Part shown: positions 30,596-40,719 of the stretch, piece after piece
Layout: every line of letters begins with the position of its first letter
How positions within the stretch are numbered: position 1 is the stretch's first letter
DNA from: Candidatus Bathyarchaeota archaeon
GTDB lineage: Archaea > Thermoproteota > Bathyarchaeia > Bathyarchaeales > Bathycorpusculaceae
Direction: 5' to 3'
NCBI GenBank assembly: GCA_963826715.1
Contig: CAWGYA010000008.1
Location: 896,001 to 960,000, forward strand
Length of the DNA: 64,000 nucleotides
Translations under genes and position numbers: made by a program
Notes under the pieces: generated by a model
Told to the model about the DNA's origin: nothing
Database searches by the model: none
Seen by the model: the letters and a program-made list of their open reading frames with translations, nothing else

Positions 30596-31954
30596 CTAAT
30601 TCTCCAATACATACTCTTTTTCATGTTCAATCGTTTGCATGTTGCTGCAAAGAGTTTTGAATAGCTTCTGATTTTCTGTATGGACCGGAAAAGCTCGCTT
30701 GGGCTTAATTTCGTTTACCATTTCCACCAATTGTTCTTTACTCATGTGTCCCGAAGCGTGAACTTGATGGAAGTTCATTTTGAAGTGATTTAGCCAGTTG
30801 TGCATGACTTGGTCTTCGATGTCTTCTTCGCTAAAAGGTTCACTCATGCTATGGATGAATTCGCTTCCAGCTTTCGGCTTTATGTCGATTAATTCGGTGA
30901 ACTGGAAAAAGTCGAGATCCATTATTATTTTGCCTTGATTCTTGCGAACATACTTACAATCAACCATCTTATCCATGAATTTGCGTTCCCAAGGGAAATA
31001 GTCTTTCTCGCTGTATGTTCCTGACTTCTTTTTCTTATAATACACACGAATACAGTCATCTTTGAGCGGGTCTGGAACATCTAAATGCTCGTCACTGAGC
31101 AACTTGGTTAGCAGATAGGCAGTCTTGGGCGTTATGACCATTTTTCTATTATTATTTTTAGCCACTTCGTAGAAACTCTTGAACCTGTCAATGTCTCGGC
31201 TGGCATGCATGGTGAAGACTGCCTTGTCGGTTGCCTTTACGATTTTGTCGCTTATCTGTGCGACTTGCGGCTCAGAGTAGTTCTGTCGTGTTTCTCTTTC
31301 AGCCATTCTGGTTCCCTCGCAGATTAGTGCCTTAGGCTCCGCTTCTTTGGCTTTTTCGATAAAGTTTTCAGTTAGGTCTTTTCTGGGTCCGTGACGCCGT
31401 AAGTCGCCTGTATAGACGATTGTGCCTTCGGAGGCGTGAATAATAAAGCCATATGCAGCTGGAATTGAATGGTCAACCGCAATCGGCTCGACGGTCAAAT
31501 TGCCAATTTTGATTTTATGCCCTGTTCTAAACTTATTGCAAATATGTTCGCCGTAATCTGCAAAGTAACCTGTCTCCTCCATCGACTCCATAAACAGTTT
31601 CGCCCCAACGCCCATACAGACCGGAATACTTGGATCCAAAAACTCAATATGAGTTACGTGGTCAAAATGCGCATGTGAAAGAAAAACACAATCGATTTCA
31701 GGATCAGTATAAGGCAAGTTTGTTGAAGCAAGCATTTCCTTTGAATACAGACCGCTCCGCTTTGGAAGAAGACCAAACTCGAAGTAATCGCCTAAACCAT
31801 TAAGGCCTCTTGGTTGAAGCCAGTTAGTGAAAAACTCTGAGCCAAAAGTGAATGACTGCCCAAAGTCAAGAAAAATTTTGGTACCCTTGTCTTCCAAAAG
31901 TATCTTGTTGCCGCCAATCTCGTTGACGCCGCCATAGAATGTTAACTTAACGAT
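30596..31954 (-). CDS. MBL-fold beta-CASP hydrolase (RNase J-like); homologous N-terminus begins at ATC 31954
   Basis: VKLTFYGGVNEIGGNKILLE; SHAHFDH; VDHSIP; YTGD; HASGH; PVHTE. Confidence 0.88.
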   Translation of the reverse strand: MVKLTFYGGVNEIGGNKILLEDKGTKIFLDFGQSFTFGSEFFTNWLQPRGLNGLGDYFEFGLLPKRSGLYSKEMLASTNLPYTDPEIDCVFLSHAHFDHVTHIEFLDPSIPVCMGVGAKLFMESMEETGYFADYGEHICNKFRTGHKIKIGNLTVEPIAVDHSIPAAYGFIIHASEGTIVYTGDLRRHGPRKDLTENFIEKAKEAEPKALICEGTRMAERETRQNYSEPQVAQISDKIVKATDKAVFTMHASRDIDRFKSFYEVAKNNNRKMVITPKTAYLLTKLLSDEHLDVPDPLKDDCIRVYYKKKKSGTYSEKDYFPWERKFMDKMVDCKYVRKNQGKIIMDLDFFQFTELIDIKPKAGSEFIHSMSEPFSEEDIEDQVMHNWLNHFKMNFHQVHASGHMSKEQLVEMVNEIKPKRAFPVHTENQKLFKTLCSNMQTIEHEKEYVLEN

Positions 31955-32404
31955 GATTAACGCTGCTTAGACATAAGTCAGCGATATCAGCTTATAGAAT
32001 CTTCTAAACTTAATCAAAATAAGGTCAAAATGGTTTGGGGTAAAGATTTCTTGCCTCAAATGAGTTTGACAGGTCTTGTTTAAACCCCGGTCCCAATTTG
32101 AACACTGATAGACTTGGTTCCAATCATCAGAATATAATGAAGTTTGTAAGTTTACCCTTTTTTAGTTTTTATATCTCGCAAAATTGACACTTTCAAATAA
32201 ATTATAGACAAAGGCAGAGTATGAATTAACAATAACAATAAATGAATCAATTCTCCAATCGAAATCAAGGTTGAAATTATCTTAAAGACCAATTAACTGA
32301 TATTAATTTTCGTTAGTGTCTGATTTAATTAATAACCGCTAAGTCTTTATAATAAGTTAGATAATTAACACCACGTATTGAGGTACGGTTCGGGTTTGCT
32401 GGAG

Positions 32405-33062
32405 ATGGCAGAGAAAAAAGTTCTGAAACATGGTATACTCATAGCTATCGAAGGCATAGACGGCGCTGGAAAAACTACCCAATCCCATATGCTAACAGAA
32501 AAACTTAATGAAGAGGGGTATTCTGCTATTTTTTCTCCATGAACCGACCAATGGTCAATGGGGACAAAAGATTCAAAGAATTAGCAAAGAATGAGCGACA
32601 CTGAATACCTGCAGAGGAAGAATTAGATCTCTTCTACAAAGACCGCATTGAAGACGTCGAAAAAAATATAAACCCTAACATTAAGGAGAAAAAAAATTAT
32701 AGTAATAGATATAGGTACTATTATTCAAACATAACATATCAAGGCATAAGAGGGGTAAACCCAGAATAAGTTGAAAGGATAAATGAAAAAATAGCTCCAA
32801 AAACCGCACCTTGTTTTAATTCTTGACATTCCTCCTCAAGAATCATCAAGACGGATCGTTGCTTCTAGAAAGGACGGGCCAAACCATTTTGAGCGAACCG
32901 ACTATTTAGAAAAAGTTCGTAACTTGTTACTGTACAGCATTTTCGTGACAGAGATAATGTCAAAATCATAAATGGTGATTCGGCAACCATTCTGCACAAG
33001 AAGTTTTTGATTCTTTGTGGTTCTTGGTAAAACCAATAGTGCATGAGGCTGAGGAAACTTAG
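32405..33062 (+). pseudogene. tmk: Thymidylate kinase pseudogene
   Basis: IAIEGIDGAGKTTQ P-loop, HEPTNG, RYYYS, PHLVLILD fragments in different frames with several stops. Confidence 0.85.
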
Positions 33063-33327
33063 CGGTGGGCAAGGAAGAACTTGAAAGGCAAATCGCAAAA
33101 GCAGCAGAATCTCAAAGTTCAGGTTCATTGGAGATTAAAAGATTGAAAGAAATTATATGCTTAAATTCCTTTGCACCAAAGGTAAAGATAAATGCGAACC
33201 AGTTTATTGCACCTTTCAAATAACAAATACATGCCCTTTTCTTAGACAAATGGCGTTTTCTCGCAAAGAAATATTCTTTTCATGGATAATTTCAAATGTC
33301 AATAGGTCAATTTCACGGTAACATTTC

Positions 33328-34150
33328 TTAACTCGCTTCAGAGAATTTTATTCCGTACTCCCAAATTAGATTGGCCATATACTTTCCAGATTATATTAGA
33401 TTAATTTTGTTTAATGAACCTATTTTCTCTATAGTTATGTAACCATTTTTGTATCGAGTTTATATAGAATGGACTTGTTTAGATTAATTCAGTTCTTTTG
33501 CTGTATTCTTCGCCTCTCCTCTTTTGATCCAACTGTTTTTTCATCCTGGAAAAGCTCAATTTTTTTGGAAATAAGCAGACGTCAAAATTTACATCAGTAT
33601 TCATTGGTTTGCCTTTAAGAGGAAATGTTTGTTAAGACAATCTTTCCTGGTTCATAAGGGTAGTTTGATTTGAAAGTTCTCAAGCAACATTCCGTCAGGT
33701 TCAACGCAAATACTTATGCCATGTTGTTGTCTTTCTTCGTCATTTCGCGAATATCGATTTGCCCCGACATAGTAGACTTTTTGCGTTATGTGCCATTGCT
33801 GCGAGAGTGGCTACGACTGAAGCCAATCGTTCACCTGCAGACATGTTAACATATGCCAAGACTTATTTGGATTTTTCTTTCAATACCTAGACTAGAAAGG
33901 CTTATTCATTAGCTGTTTAATATCAAATAGGTTGACTTCTTGGACAATGACTTCTATTTTCTTCATTGTCAATTTCTTTTGACTTCGTTTAAGCAACGGA
34001 CTTGCTCCATATTCTCTGCTTTGAAATTTAGGTTCGGAGGTGGCAATCTACTAAGTAAACACGATTAGCGGAGAATTTTTCAAACATTATGACAGCTCTG
34101 TCAATTTCAAAACCCAATAGAATTATATGTACATGCTCTTCAAATTTCAA
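33328..34150 (-). pseudogene. DUF6293 (CARF-like + wHTH) regulator pseudogene
   Basis: HVHIILLGFEIDRA, AYVNMSAGERLASVVATLAAMAH, VYYV, SGKYMA; multiple stops and frameshifts. Confidence 0.75.
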
Positions 34151-34260
34151 AACTTTCATCAACGTTTAAACATCTTAACCATGTTTAATGATAATTAAAC
34201 TTATTTAGTTAAACAACATTTTCTATCTTCAACCTTATAAAGACTTTGGAAGTTAGAAAA

Positions 34261-34684
34261 ATGTGCCCGAAAAACATCGAGGTTGAATTGACCGACCGCG
34301 CAGTAAATCGTGTGAGGGAATGTGGTTGCGACCCACTTGAAATAATTCACTACCTTTATTCTGGTGAGATTGCAAGTTTCTGAGAACTTTCAAGGGTTTG
34401 AAATTTTAGTACCATTCAAAGGAAGATTAACTGGCACATTTGATAAAGGCATATTTGTTGCCGAATCCTTTTTGTCGCTTATCCATCGTGGCAAGTATTA
34501 CAGTTATCATAGTGAATTTTCGAGAAACCAGTTTTTTGTAATAGTCTCTCTTGTTAGAAGAAGTGGATTAAGAAGAATTGTGGTTTCTTGTACTCGTAAA
34601 GTAGAAATATCATTGTCTGAGTTCGGTTTGACGGAATCTGGGAAACCTTCCATTATCCCAATAAGTAGGTACACCGGGGAGTGA
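34261..34684 (+). pseudogene. Hypothetical protein, frameshifted (ATG 34261 to ORF 34364..34684)
   Basis: MCPKNIEVELTDRAVNRVREC.. stops ~34383; overlapping frame continues. Confidence 0.4.
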
Positions 34685-35067
34685 CAATTTTGAACTTAGG
34701 TATCATTTTCACAAAACGCAACTTCTTATTGATTGGTCTCTTAATCACGATAATAAGGGCTGCTGCCGCCTATATTAATTGGCCTGGTTTTTTATCTAAA
34801 ATTAATCCAGACGAAAAGATAGATTTGGCTAATGTCACTTATCCACAAGCCGCATATAGAAGCCAGAATTTGCCAATCTCGATTAACATTATGAATAATG
34901 GCAATTTCGGAAAAGATGTTATGGTCGAAGTTCTTTCATCAAATAGTGATAGAATTATCAATAATACTGGTATTTCTAGTGGGGGGAGCGCAAATCTTTT
35001 GGTTAATTTACCAGTTAAGAGTTGCGGTAACCAGTCTTTCAAAGTCAATGTCTATTGGAAGGCGTAG
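34681..35067 (+). CDS. Membrane-anchored protein with Ig/CARDB-like segment, probably truncated
   Basis: N-terminal TM; ISINIMNNGN and beta-rich pattern. Confidence 0.45.
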   Translation: MTILNLGIIFTKRNFLLIGLLITIIRAAAAYINWPGFLSKINPDEKIDLANVTYPQAAYRSQNLPISINIMNNGNFGKDVMVEVLSSNSDRIINNTGISSGGSANLLVNLPVKSCGNQSFKVNVYWKA

Positions 35068-35073
35068 GAGATA

Positions 35074-36012
35074 TTGACCGATTTGGAAAGTGATCATTTG
35101 CAAACCGCAACTCTGGAAGGAAACCGTTTTTTCATACCTATGGTGCCCCCTCAAATAAAACCTGAAACACTTTTGGCTGTATCGCTTCATACATCTTGGA
35201 TTGGAATTAACCTGTTCCAACTTAAACATTCAAGCTTTTATGAGAAAGCGAAAAGTAAAGGTGTCAGAGACGCCTTTGGAATCAATGATAAAATAAAAAT
35301 ATTCTTGACAACAATTAATGACGACAACTACCTTGTAAATTACTTCAATAAATCTAGTTGGTTTGAAGAATTAAAATCAGACTTGAATGGTTTTAGTGCG
35401 GACATGGTTATGGGACCTGATTGGTTTAGTTACAGAGAGGACTCACCAGAACTCAGAAATCGAAACATAAAAAAAGCAATTGATCTGAACTTAATGTTTA
35501 CATATCAAGAGAATATAATACCAACAATTCGAGGAAATTACTCCCAAGAAATTAAGCGTTTTATAAAACCTTTCAAAGAAATAGGAAAAAATTTGTTTGT
35601 TTTTACTGGCAGAGAATATCTAATTAATCTTGGTGATAGGAAGAGATCAGAATTTGAACTTCTTTCTCTCACATCCAATATCGTTAGAAATGAAAAAGTA
35701 AAATTAATTGTAACTGGCTGTAGCAGTCCAAGGCAACAAGAAAATTTACCTGATGTTTTTGGGTTTTCAGGTCTGGGATGGTTAATCAACGCTAAGAGAA
35801 GAATGTTAATTTCAGGCAAGACTTACCGATGGCTTTCATCACCTATATTTTCTTGCGCAGATCCGGATTGCTGCAATTCAATGAACAAATCTGAATTGGC
35901 GCAATCAAAAAATGACTCGATTCGTGCAATTCATAATTTGAAAGCAATTATTGCTAGACTGAACACGGCAAAACATATGCAACAATCTTGTTTGGGGGAT
36001 TTTGATGGGTAA
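35074..36012 (+). CDS. tRNA-guanine transglycosylase (TGT)/DpdA-like TIM-barrel protein
   Basis: MGPDW, IIPTIRG, LIVTG, FSGLGW..A, C-terminal CADPDCC...AIHNL resembling the TGT Zn site. Confidence 0.5.
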   Translation: MTDLESDHLQTATLEGNRFFIPMVPPQIKPETLLAVSLHTSWIGINLFQLKHSSFYEKAKSKGVRDAFGINDKIKIFLTTINDDNYLVNYFNKSSWFEELKSDLNGFSADMVMGPDWFSYREDSPELRNRNIKKAIDLNLMFTYQENIIPTIRGNYSQEIKRFIKPFKEIGKNLFVFTGREYLINLGDRKRSEFELLSLTSNIVRNEKVKLIVTGCSSPRQQENLPDVFGFSGLGWLINAKRRMLISGKTYRWLSSPIFSCADPDCCNSMNKSELAQSKNDSIRAIHNLKAIIARLNTAKHMQQSCLGDFDG

Positions 36013-36532
36013 CAAAAGCCGCTCAAAACATTATAATCATAAATCTGGTTATGGTGCTCAAGGAACATTTGCCCAAGTGCAATTTCCTCACATGATGCCT
36101 AGATTAAGTCGAACCGATGTTGACTTATTGCTCCCAGTTTTAAAAGAGGTTGGTAAAGTTATTTGCCCACCTGCAGCCATTCCAATAGAAATTTTATACC
36201 AGCTTTATACACATTCAGATGTGATAACAGAAGTAGGTTCTGCAATTAATAGAGGCGATTACAAGGGGGCAGTTATTGCTGCAGGATACCAAATAGTAAA
36301 AGATGTGGTTGGCACAACATTAAGTTCTAGTGCAAATCAATCAGTCGAAAAAGTTGCTTCAAGCGCAGGTGAGATAACTGGCAATGCATTTAAGGATGAA
36401 CAATCGAAAGAGCTTGCGAAAAAAGTTACTGAAGCCTCCGTAAAAGGAGGTGTAGAAGGGATTCAAGACAAAATAATAGATAAAACAATTGATTCCATAA
36501 AGGGATCGATAGAAGGTGAAAGAAGTGAGTAA
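36002..36532 (+). CDS. Hypothetical protein
   Basis: 176-aa ORF overlapping neighbours in operon fashion. Confidence 0.6.
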   Translation: MMGNKSRSKHYNHKSGYGAQGTFAQVQFPHMMPRLSRTDVDLLLPVLKEVGKVICPPAAIPIEILYQLYTHSDVITEVGSAINRGDYKGAVIAAGYQIVKDVVGTTLSSSANQSVEKVASSAGEITGNAFKDEQSKELAKKVTEASVKGGVEGIQDKIIDKTIDSIKGSIEGERSE

Positions 36533-36812
36533 TCAAGCTAAGATTAAACTTATCAAGGATACTGTGATTAAGTCGATTTTATCACAAACTTCCGATAACC
36601 TTGCGAAAAACAGTGTAAGCGAGCAGAAAACTCAGGCTTTATTACGAATAACTGAACTGAAACTTGAGAGAATATTAGACAATTTTGACCAAGCTGACAT
36701 TCTACCTAAAAAGTTCTTATCTCAAGAAGAATTTGAAAGTCATTTACTTACTCTAATTGACTTATCCAAAGAAAGGTTAGTTGAAGACGTAAACCTCGAT
36801 AAGAAACATTAG
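36516..36812 (+). CDS. Hypothetical helical protein
   Basis: 98-aa ORF overlapping the previous gene. Confidence 0.55.
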   Translation: MKEVSNQAKIKLIKDTVIKSILSQTSDNLAKNSVSEQKTQALLRITELKLERILDNFDQADILPKKFLSQEEFESHLLTLIDLSKERLVEDVNLDKKH

Positions 36813-37075
36813 CGGATATTGTTCTTGAGATTTGGAGAAAAGATGTTGAAAAAATTAATAGTTTCTTTTAAATAATCTTTGAACGTCAATTGAAAATATT
36901 GAATCATCAAAAAAGTTGCGCTTTTTTTAGTTATCATATTTTCTATGGCCTTCAGAACATAAGTAAAAGGAGTAGTGAGGTTTGTTTAAAAATTTGTTTT
37001 ACTTGTGCAAACAGTTTAAGAAAAGGACTTTCGGTATTGCTTATTTTTACACCAGACGTGTTGTAGTCGTTTTGG

Positions 37076-37186
37076 TATTTCGCCAGAGTTGCACACTCAG
37101 AACAAGAAACTTGCCAATTAATAGAAGCCGGCTTTGAATTCGTATGCGATTTTGGTGTTAACAAGGTTTTCAGAAAACGCAAGTGA
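37076..37186 (+). pseudogene. C-terminal remnant of an archaeal tyrosine integrase
   Basis: YFARVAHSEQETCQLIEAGFEFVCDFGVNKVFRKRK* resembles the C-terminus I recall for Bathyarchaeia integrases; tRNA scar 47 bp downstream. Confidence 0.65.
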
Positions 37187-37233
37187 AATTTGGTGTAGAA
37201 AGTAAACCAAAAAAAATGGAAGGGGATTATTCG

Positions 37234-37257
37234 TAGCGGGCGGGAAGGGATTTGAAC
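37234..37257 (-). other. tRNA 3'-end fragment (att-like scar)
   Basis: Reverse complement GTTCAAATCCCTTCCCGCCCGCTA; no 5' half nearby. Confidence 0.75.
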
Positions 37258-37402
37258 AAAGGACAGCGTGCCCTCAGGCATCTGTCCTAATCCATCATTG
37301 GTAAATGAAGGATAGCGCTTTTCAAAGGATTGGAGATTATTCTGTATGTGGTTGATTGAGGCGTTATTCCGGAGCCAATTGGACCTAAAATATATTCGTT
37401 AG

Positions 37403-38367
37403 TTACCCAATTTCCACAGTTGTACCTCGATAAGCCATTGTGACCTTTTGAAACAGTTTTACAATGTCTAATGAGCAGAAAAGCGCTTTTGTTAGGTACT
37501 CGTGCTGGTAAATCATCATCTGCGCCTTCACGGGCAAATCGATCTGTGGTGGCTCAAAGAATCGGGCAACTGAATCTACTGGTTCCCCTTCAAGTTGGAT
37601 ATCTTCTTCGCGCAGCCCCGTCTTTTTAGCAATATAGGAAAGGTATGTGCCCTTCCAATCAAGCATCATAACTTCGCAGAGATTATGTCTATAGCTAAGG
37701 CATCGTTGCCCGTTAGAATAAGCCCCATGTTTACTGGTTTGCCCTTGGTTGGTCCGTTGCCCTCTATTCCCGTGCGCGCATCCATAATGGTTAGATTGGG
37801 CTTAAAAAGTGTGTAGAGGAGATAGAACACCTCGGGCAGATATGGGTGCAGATAGATTCGGCGGTTGCTGGGGATACAACCGAATAGGTTCTTAATCGCG
37901 CCGCTGTAAGCCATAAACTCATGCGTTTTCATCAATGGTAAATCAACGACAGCGTCAGCGTCAAGGATGGTTTTGGGCAGAAACAGACGCTTCACCGATG
38001 TGCCATTGTGGAATTTGACTTCGACGATTTTGTCCTCGCTGAGGTTAATGGCAGTTCCACCCGCTGCCTCTACCGCTTCCTTCATGCCTGTCTTGTCAAA
38101 TGCATCCCAGCAAGGATAGTTGATGCCGTTGGATTCGCCCACTACCACTTCGCTGTTGCCATCGCGGAGCAAACCGACGAGTTCCCTCATCAGAGCTGGG
38201 CTAGTGACAACACCGGGCAAGTATTTAGGGTGGCTGAGGTTGGGTTTTATGTAGATACATTTTTTGCCTCGGAGTCCTGAATTAGCGACGGCTTCTTTGA
38301 GGATGCTGCTTATGTCCTTTGATGAACGGAAGATTTTTACGGTTTTCTGCTCAGGTATCATTTCCAT
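37403..38367 (-). CDS. DUF362 family protein, split near 37668
   Basis: IKPN, VVTSP, LPLMKTH, GAIKNLFG, H, DA..GIEGNGP, DALAID; 37403..37669 supplies the C-terminus. Confidence 0.85.
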
Positions 38368-39778
38368 TTTTCACTCCCATTAAGCAACCGGGGTCACCGT
38401 TGAGCATGTCTCCGTTGTGGTAAGCTGCAGAGCGGGCTCGGCACCCGCCGCAAATGAACTTGTATTGGCATTTGCCGCAGGAGCCTTTGAGATTGGCTCT
38501 GTTGCGGAATTTGTTGAACAGAGGTGCGTTTAGCCAAACGTCCTGGAACTTCTGTGTTTTCAGGTTCCCAACGTTTACCGGCAAAAATACGCAGGGGCGC
38601 AGGTCGCCTTGTGGAGAAATTGAGCAGTAGAGCCTCCCAGCGCCGCATCCGCCGATGAAGTCACCCAGCGGGACAGCCTTCTTCGTGACCTTGACGGTTT
38701 GCATGTGCGCCAGTGCCATCGTGACTTCGCCTGTACCAGAGTCTCCTTGGCACTGAAGGGCGACACGTGCCAGCTGGGGCGCGGTGGCAAGTATGGTGGT
38801 TTTGCATCCCGCTGACATACGGCTAAGCAGATAGTGCATAACATCTTCTCGTTCTTGAGGAGAGAGATCTTGGTCAAAATGCGCTTTGCCTCTGCCCGTT
38901 GGAATAAAGTTGAAGTAGGTGAAGCGTTCCGCATGTATCTCTTCTGCTAAATCGATAATGGCTGGTAACTCTCCAAAGTTGTTTTTACCAACCGTCGTTG
39001 CAATACACACGCACAAGTCAGCTTCGACGCAGTTTTTTAGACCTGCCACTGCCTTGTCAAAGGTACCGGGGACGCCACGAAAGTCGTCGTGTGTTTTGGC
39101 TGAAGCGCCGTCTATGCTTACATCGATGTAGTTGACTCTTGCTTCTTTGATTTTTCGCACGTTTTCTTTTGTGAGTAGCGTGCCATTAGATGCAAGTGAA
39201 ACGTAGAGTCCACGATCAGCGGCATGTCGCGCGACTTGGAAGAAGTCTTTTCGAGTTAAGGGTTCTCCGCCGCTGAATGCCAGAGCAGTTACCTGAGCAT
39301 CTGCCAATTGGTCAACAACAGCGAGGGCTTCCTCTGTGGTCAACTCCTCCTTTTCAACATTGCCGCTATTACTATAGCAATGCTTGCATTGCAGATTGCA
39401 TTTATGAGTAAAATCCCAAACCACCAGGAACGGTGCAGTAAGTGACATAGGTTTTCTAATGCCAAAATGGGCAAACGACTCAACCAAGTTAAGAACTGCG
39501 TTCCGCGCATAGGGGTCAGTTAGGAGCTTCTCGACTTTTGCCCGTTTAAAACCTAATGCTCTGCGCAGAAATTCTATCCAAAACGCAATAATCTGCGAAT
39601 AGAGGTTGTTGCATTTTCTGCATTTCTTATCAGGGTTGCCCCCATAATCATCCAGCGCCGCCTCCAGAACAGTTCTGCTGCAGGCAGGGCATTTTTTGAG
39701 TGATAGCTGGAGCATCCGCTTGGTCATGGGCATGGAGACGATGGCGTTCCAGAACGTGTCATGGCTTAGGATACTCAT
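38351..39778 (-). CDS. Radical SAM/SPASM protein with N-terminal Cys pairs; candidate GMGT synthase (Gms)-like
   Basis: CPAC..CRKC; APFLVVWDFTHKCNLQCKHCY; FIGGCGAGR; CGKCQYKFICGGCRAR..GDPGC. Confidence 0.85.
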   Translation of the reverse strand: MSILSHDTFWNAIVSMPMTKRMLQLSLKKCPACSRTVLEAALDDYGGNPDKKCRKCNNLYSQIIAFWIEFLRRALGFKRAKVEKLLTDPYARNAVLNLVESFAHFGIRKPMSLTAPFLVVWDFTHKCNLQCKHCYSNSGNVEKEELTTEEALAVVDQLADAQVTALAFSGGEPLTRKDFFQVARHAADRGLYVSLASNGTLLTKENVRKIKEARVNYIDVSIDGASAKTHDDFRGVPGTFDKAVAGLKNCVEADLCVCIATTVGKNNFGELPAIIDLAEEIHAERFTYFNFIPTGRGKAHFDQDLSPQEREDVMHYLLSRMSAGCKTTILATAPQLARVALQCQGDSGTGEVTMALAHMQTVKVTKKAVPLGDFIGGCGAGRLYCSISPQGDLRPCVFLPVNVGNLKTQKFQDVWLNAPLFNKFRNRANLKGSCGKCQYKFICGGCRARSAAYHNGDMLNGDPGCLMGVKNGNDT

Positions 39779-40083
39779 GGTGTGCTCCGAATTTAGTTTG
39801 AATGTTAATTGGGCACTTAAGGGTGCTTAAAGATTTCTCTAAAAACGCTTAGTAGTAAAATTCATGAATATTGCTAAAGAAAAATCACTTCGCCAATTGA
39901 AGCGCAAAATAAACCGCTAAATCTACAAAGTTGCAGGTATGTAACCCTCAAAGTCTAATTACACAACTTAGAGTAACTTCTATCACCACTAAACAATCAC
40001 AAAGACCCGAAATCTCCTGTGATACAATTGCCCACTGTATAATTAAGGAGGGTTAGAGAAATTCGAACGTAAGAGCGCAAAGT

Positions 40084-40719
40084 TTAGGGCTCGTTTTTTT
40101 GCATAATATGCTTGGCTATCTCCAAGTCCTCCATGGTGTTCACGTTGAGAACAACTTCGCTTTCCTCAGTGATTAATGCAGCCGTTTCCACTTTGCCTTC
40201 GCCCAGAACCTTTGCTCCGTTTATGACGTTGATGCCTGAAACTGCGTACCACACACCTCGATACTCGTCGGTACTGGAAATCGACAATCCCAAGCTTAGT
40301 CGCTTCTTGATGGGCACAAATACTGCTAGAAAGTCTTTGCCGCAAACCTCAAACTCACCCACAATCCTATCCAAAACCGCGCCGGTAATCCCGGGAACGT
40401 CAGAAGGCATCGTTAGTACTGGACCCATCCAACCCAGTTTAGACACAGCCTGTTTTAAATCATCATGGTAACCTTTCGCATCAGTATGAATGAATTTCCA
40501 GCCCATGTTGCGGCAGTGGTTTTCAGTTTTAGGCGTATTTGTGCTTGTTATGATGTAGAACTCGGAAACCTTATTGGAAGACAAAACGGCCTCAGCTACC
40601 CAATCCAGTAGTGGTTTACCCAAAAACGGCAACATCGGTTTCTCTGTACGCGCCCCCATTCTGCTGCCTTTACCACCAGCCATAATCAAAGCAGGAACTA
40701 TCAAATTGCCCATCCCCAA
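40084..40719 (-). CDS. cobY: GTP:adenosylcobinamide-phosphate guanylyltransferase (copy 1)
   Basis: ALIMAGGKGSRM..EKP, TPKT, GY..DL, PSD, NVNT..DL; overlaps cobS. Confidence 0.82.
   Translation of the reverse strand: MGMGNLIVPALIMAGGKGSRMGARTEKPMLPFLGKPLLDWVAEAVLSSNKVSEFYIITSTNTPKTENHCRNMGWKFIHTDAKGYHDDLKQAVSKLGWMGPVLTMPSDVPGITGAVLDRIVGEFEVCGKDFLAVFVPIKKRLSLGLSISSTDEYRGVWYAVSGINVINGAKVLGEGKVETAALITEESEVVLNVNTMEDLEIAKHIMQKNEP

Larger units (their letters stand above)
21830..37300. mobile_element. Composite accessory/defence island (decayed integrative elements)
   Basis: Terminase, integrase remnant, tRNA scars, nucleases, pseudogenes, AT-richer sequence interrupting the cobamide/lipid cluster; boundaries approximate. 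Confidence 0.7.

Noticed and set aside
29001-33220. 13-bp match tgcacctttcaaa at ~29001 and ~33208
   Set aside because: Short, with no extension; could be chance
36952-37281. 109-aa minus-strand ORF
   Set aside because: Antisense to the integrase remnant and tRNA scar; no recognisable features
39780-40083. cccactgt as a cobalamin riboswitch B12 box
   Set aside because: Isolated short match downstream of cobY without supporting helices
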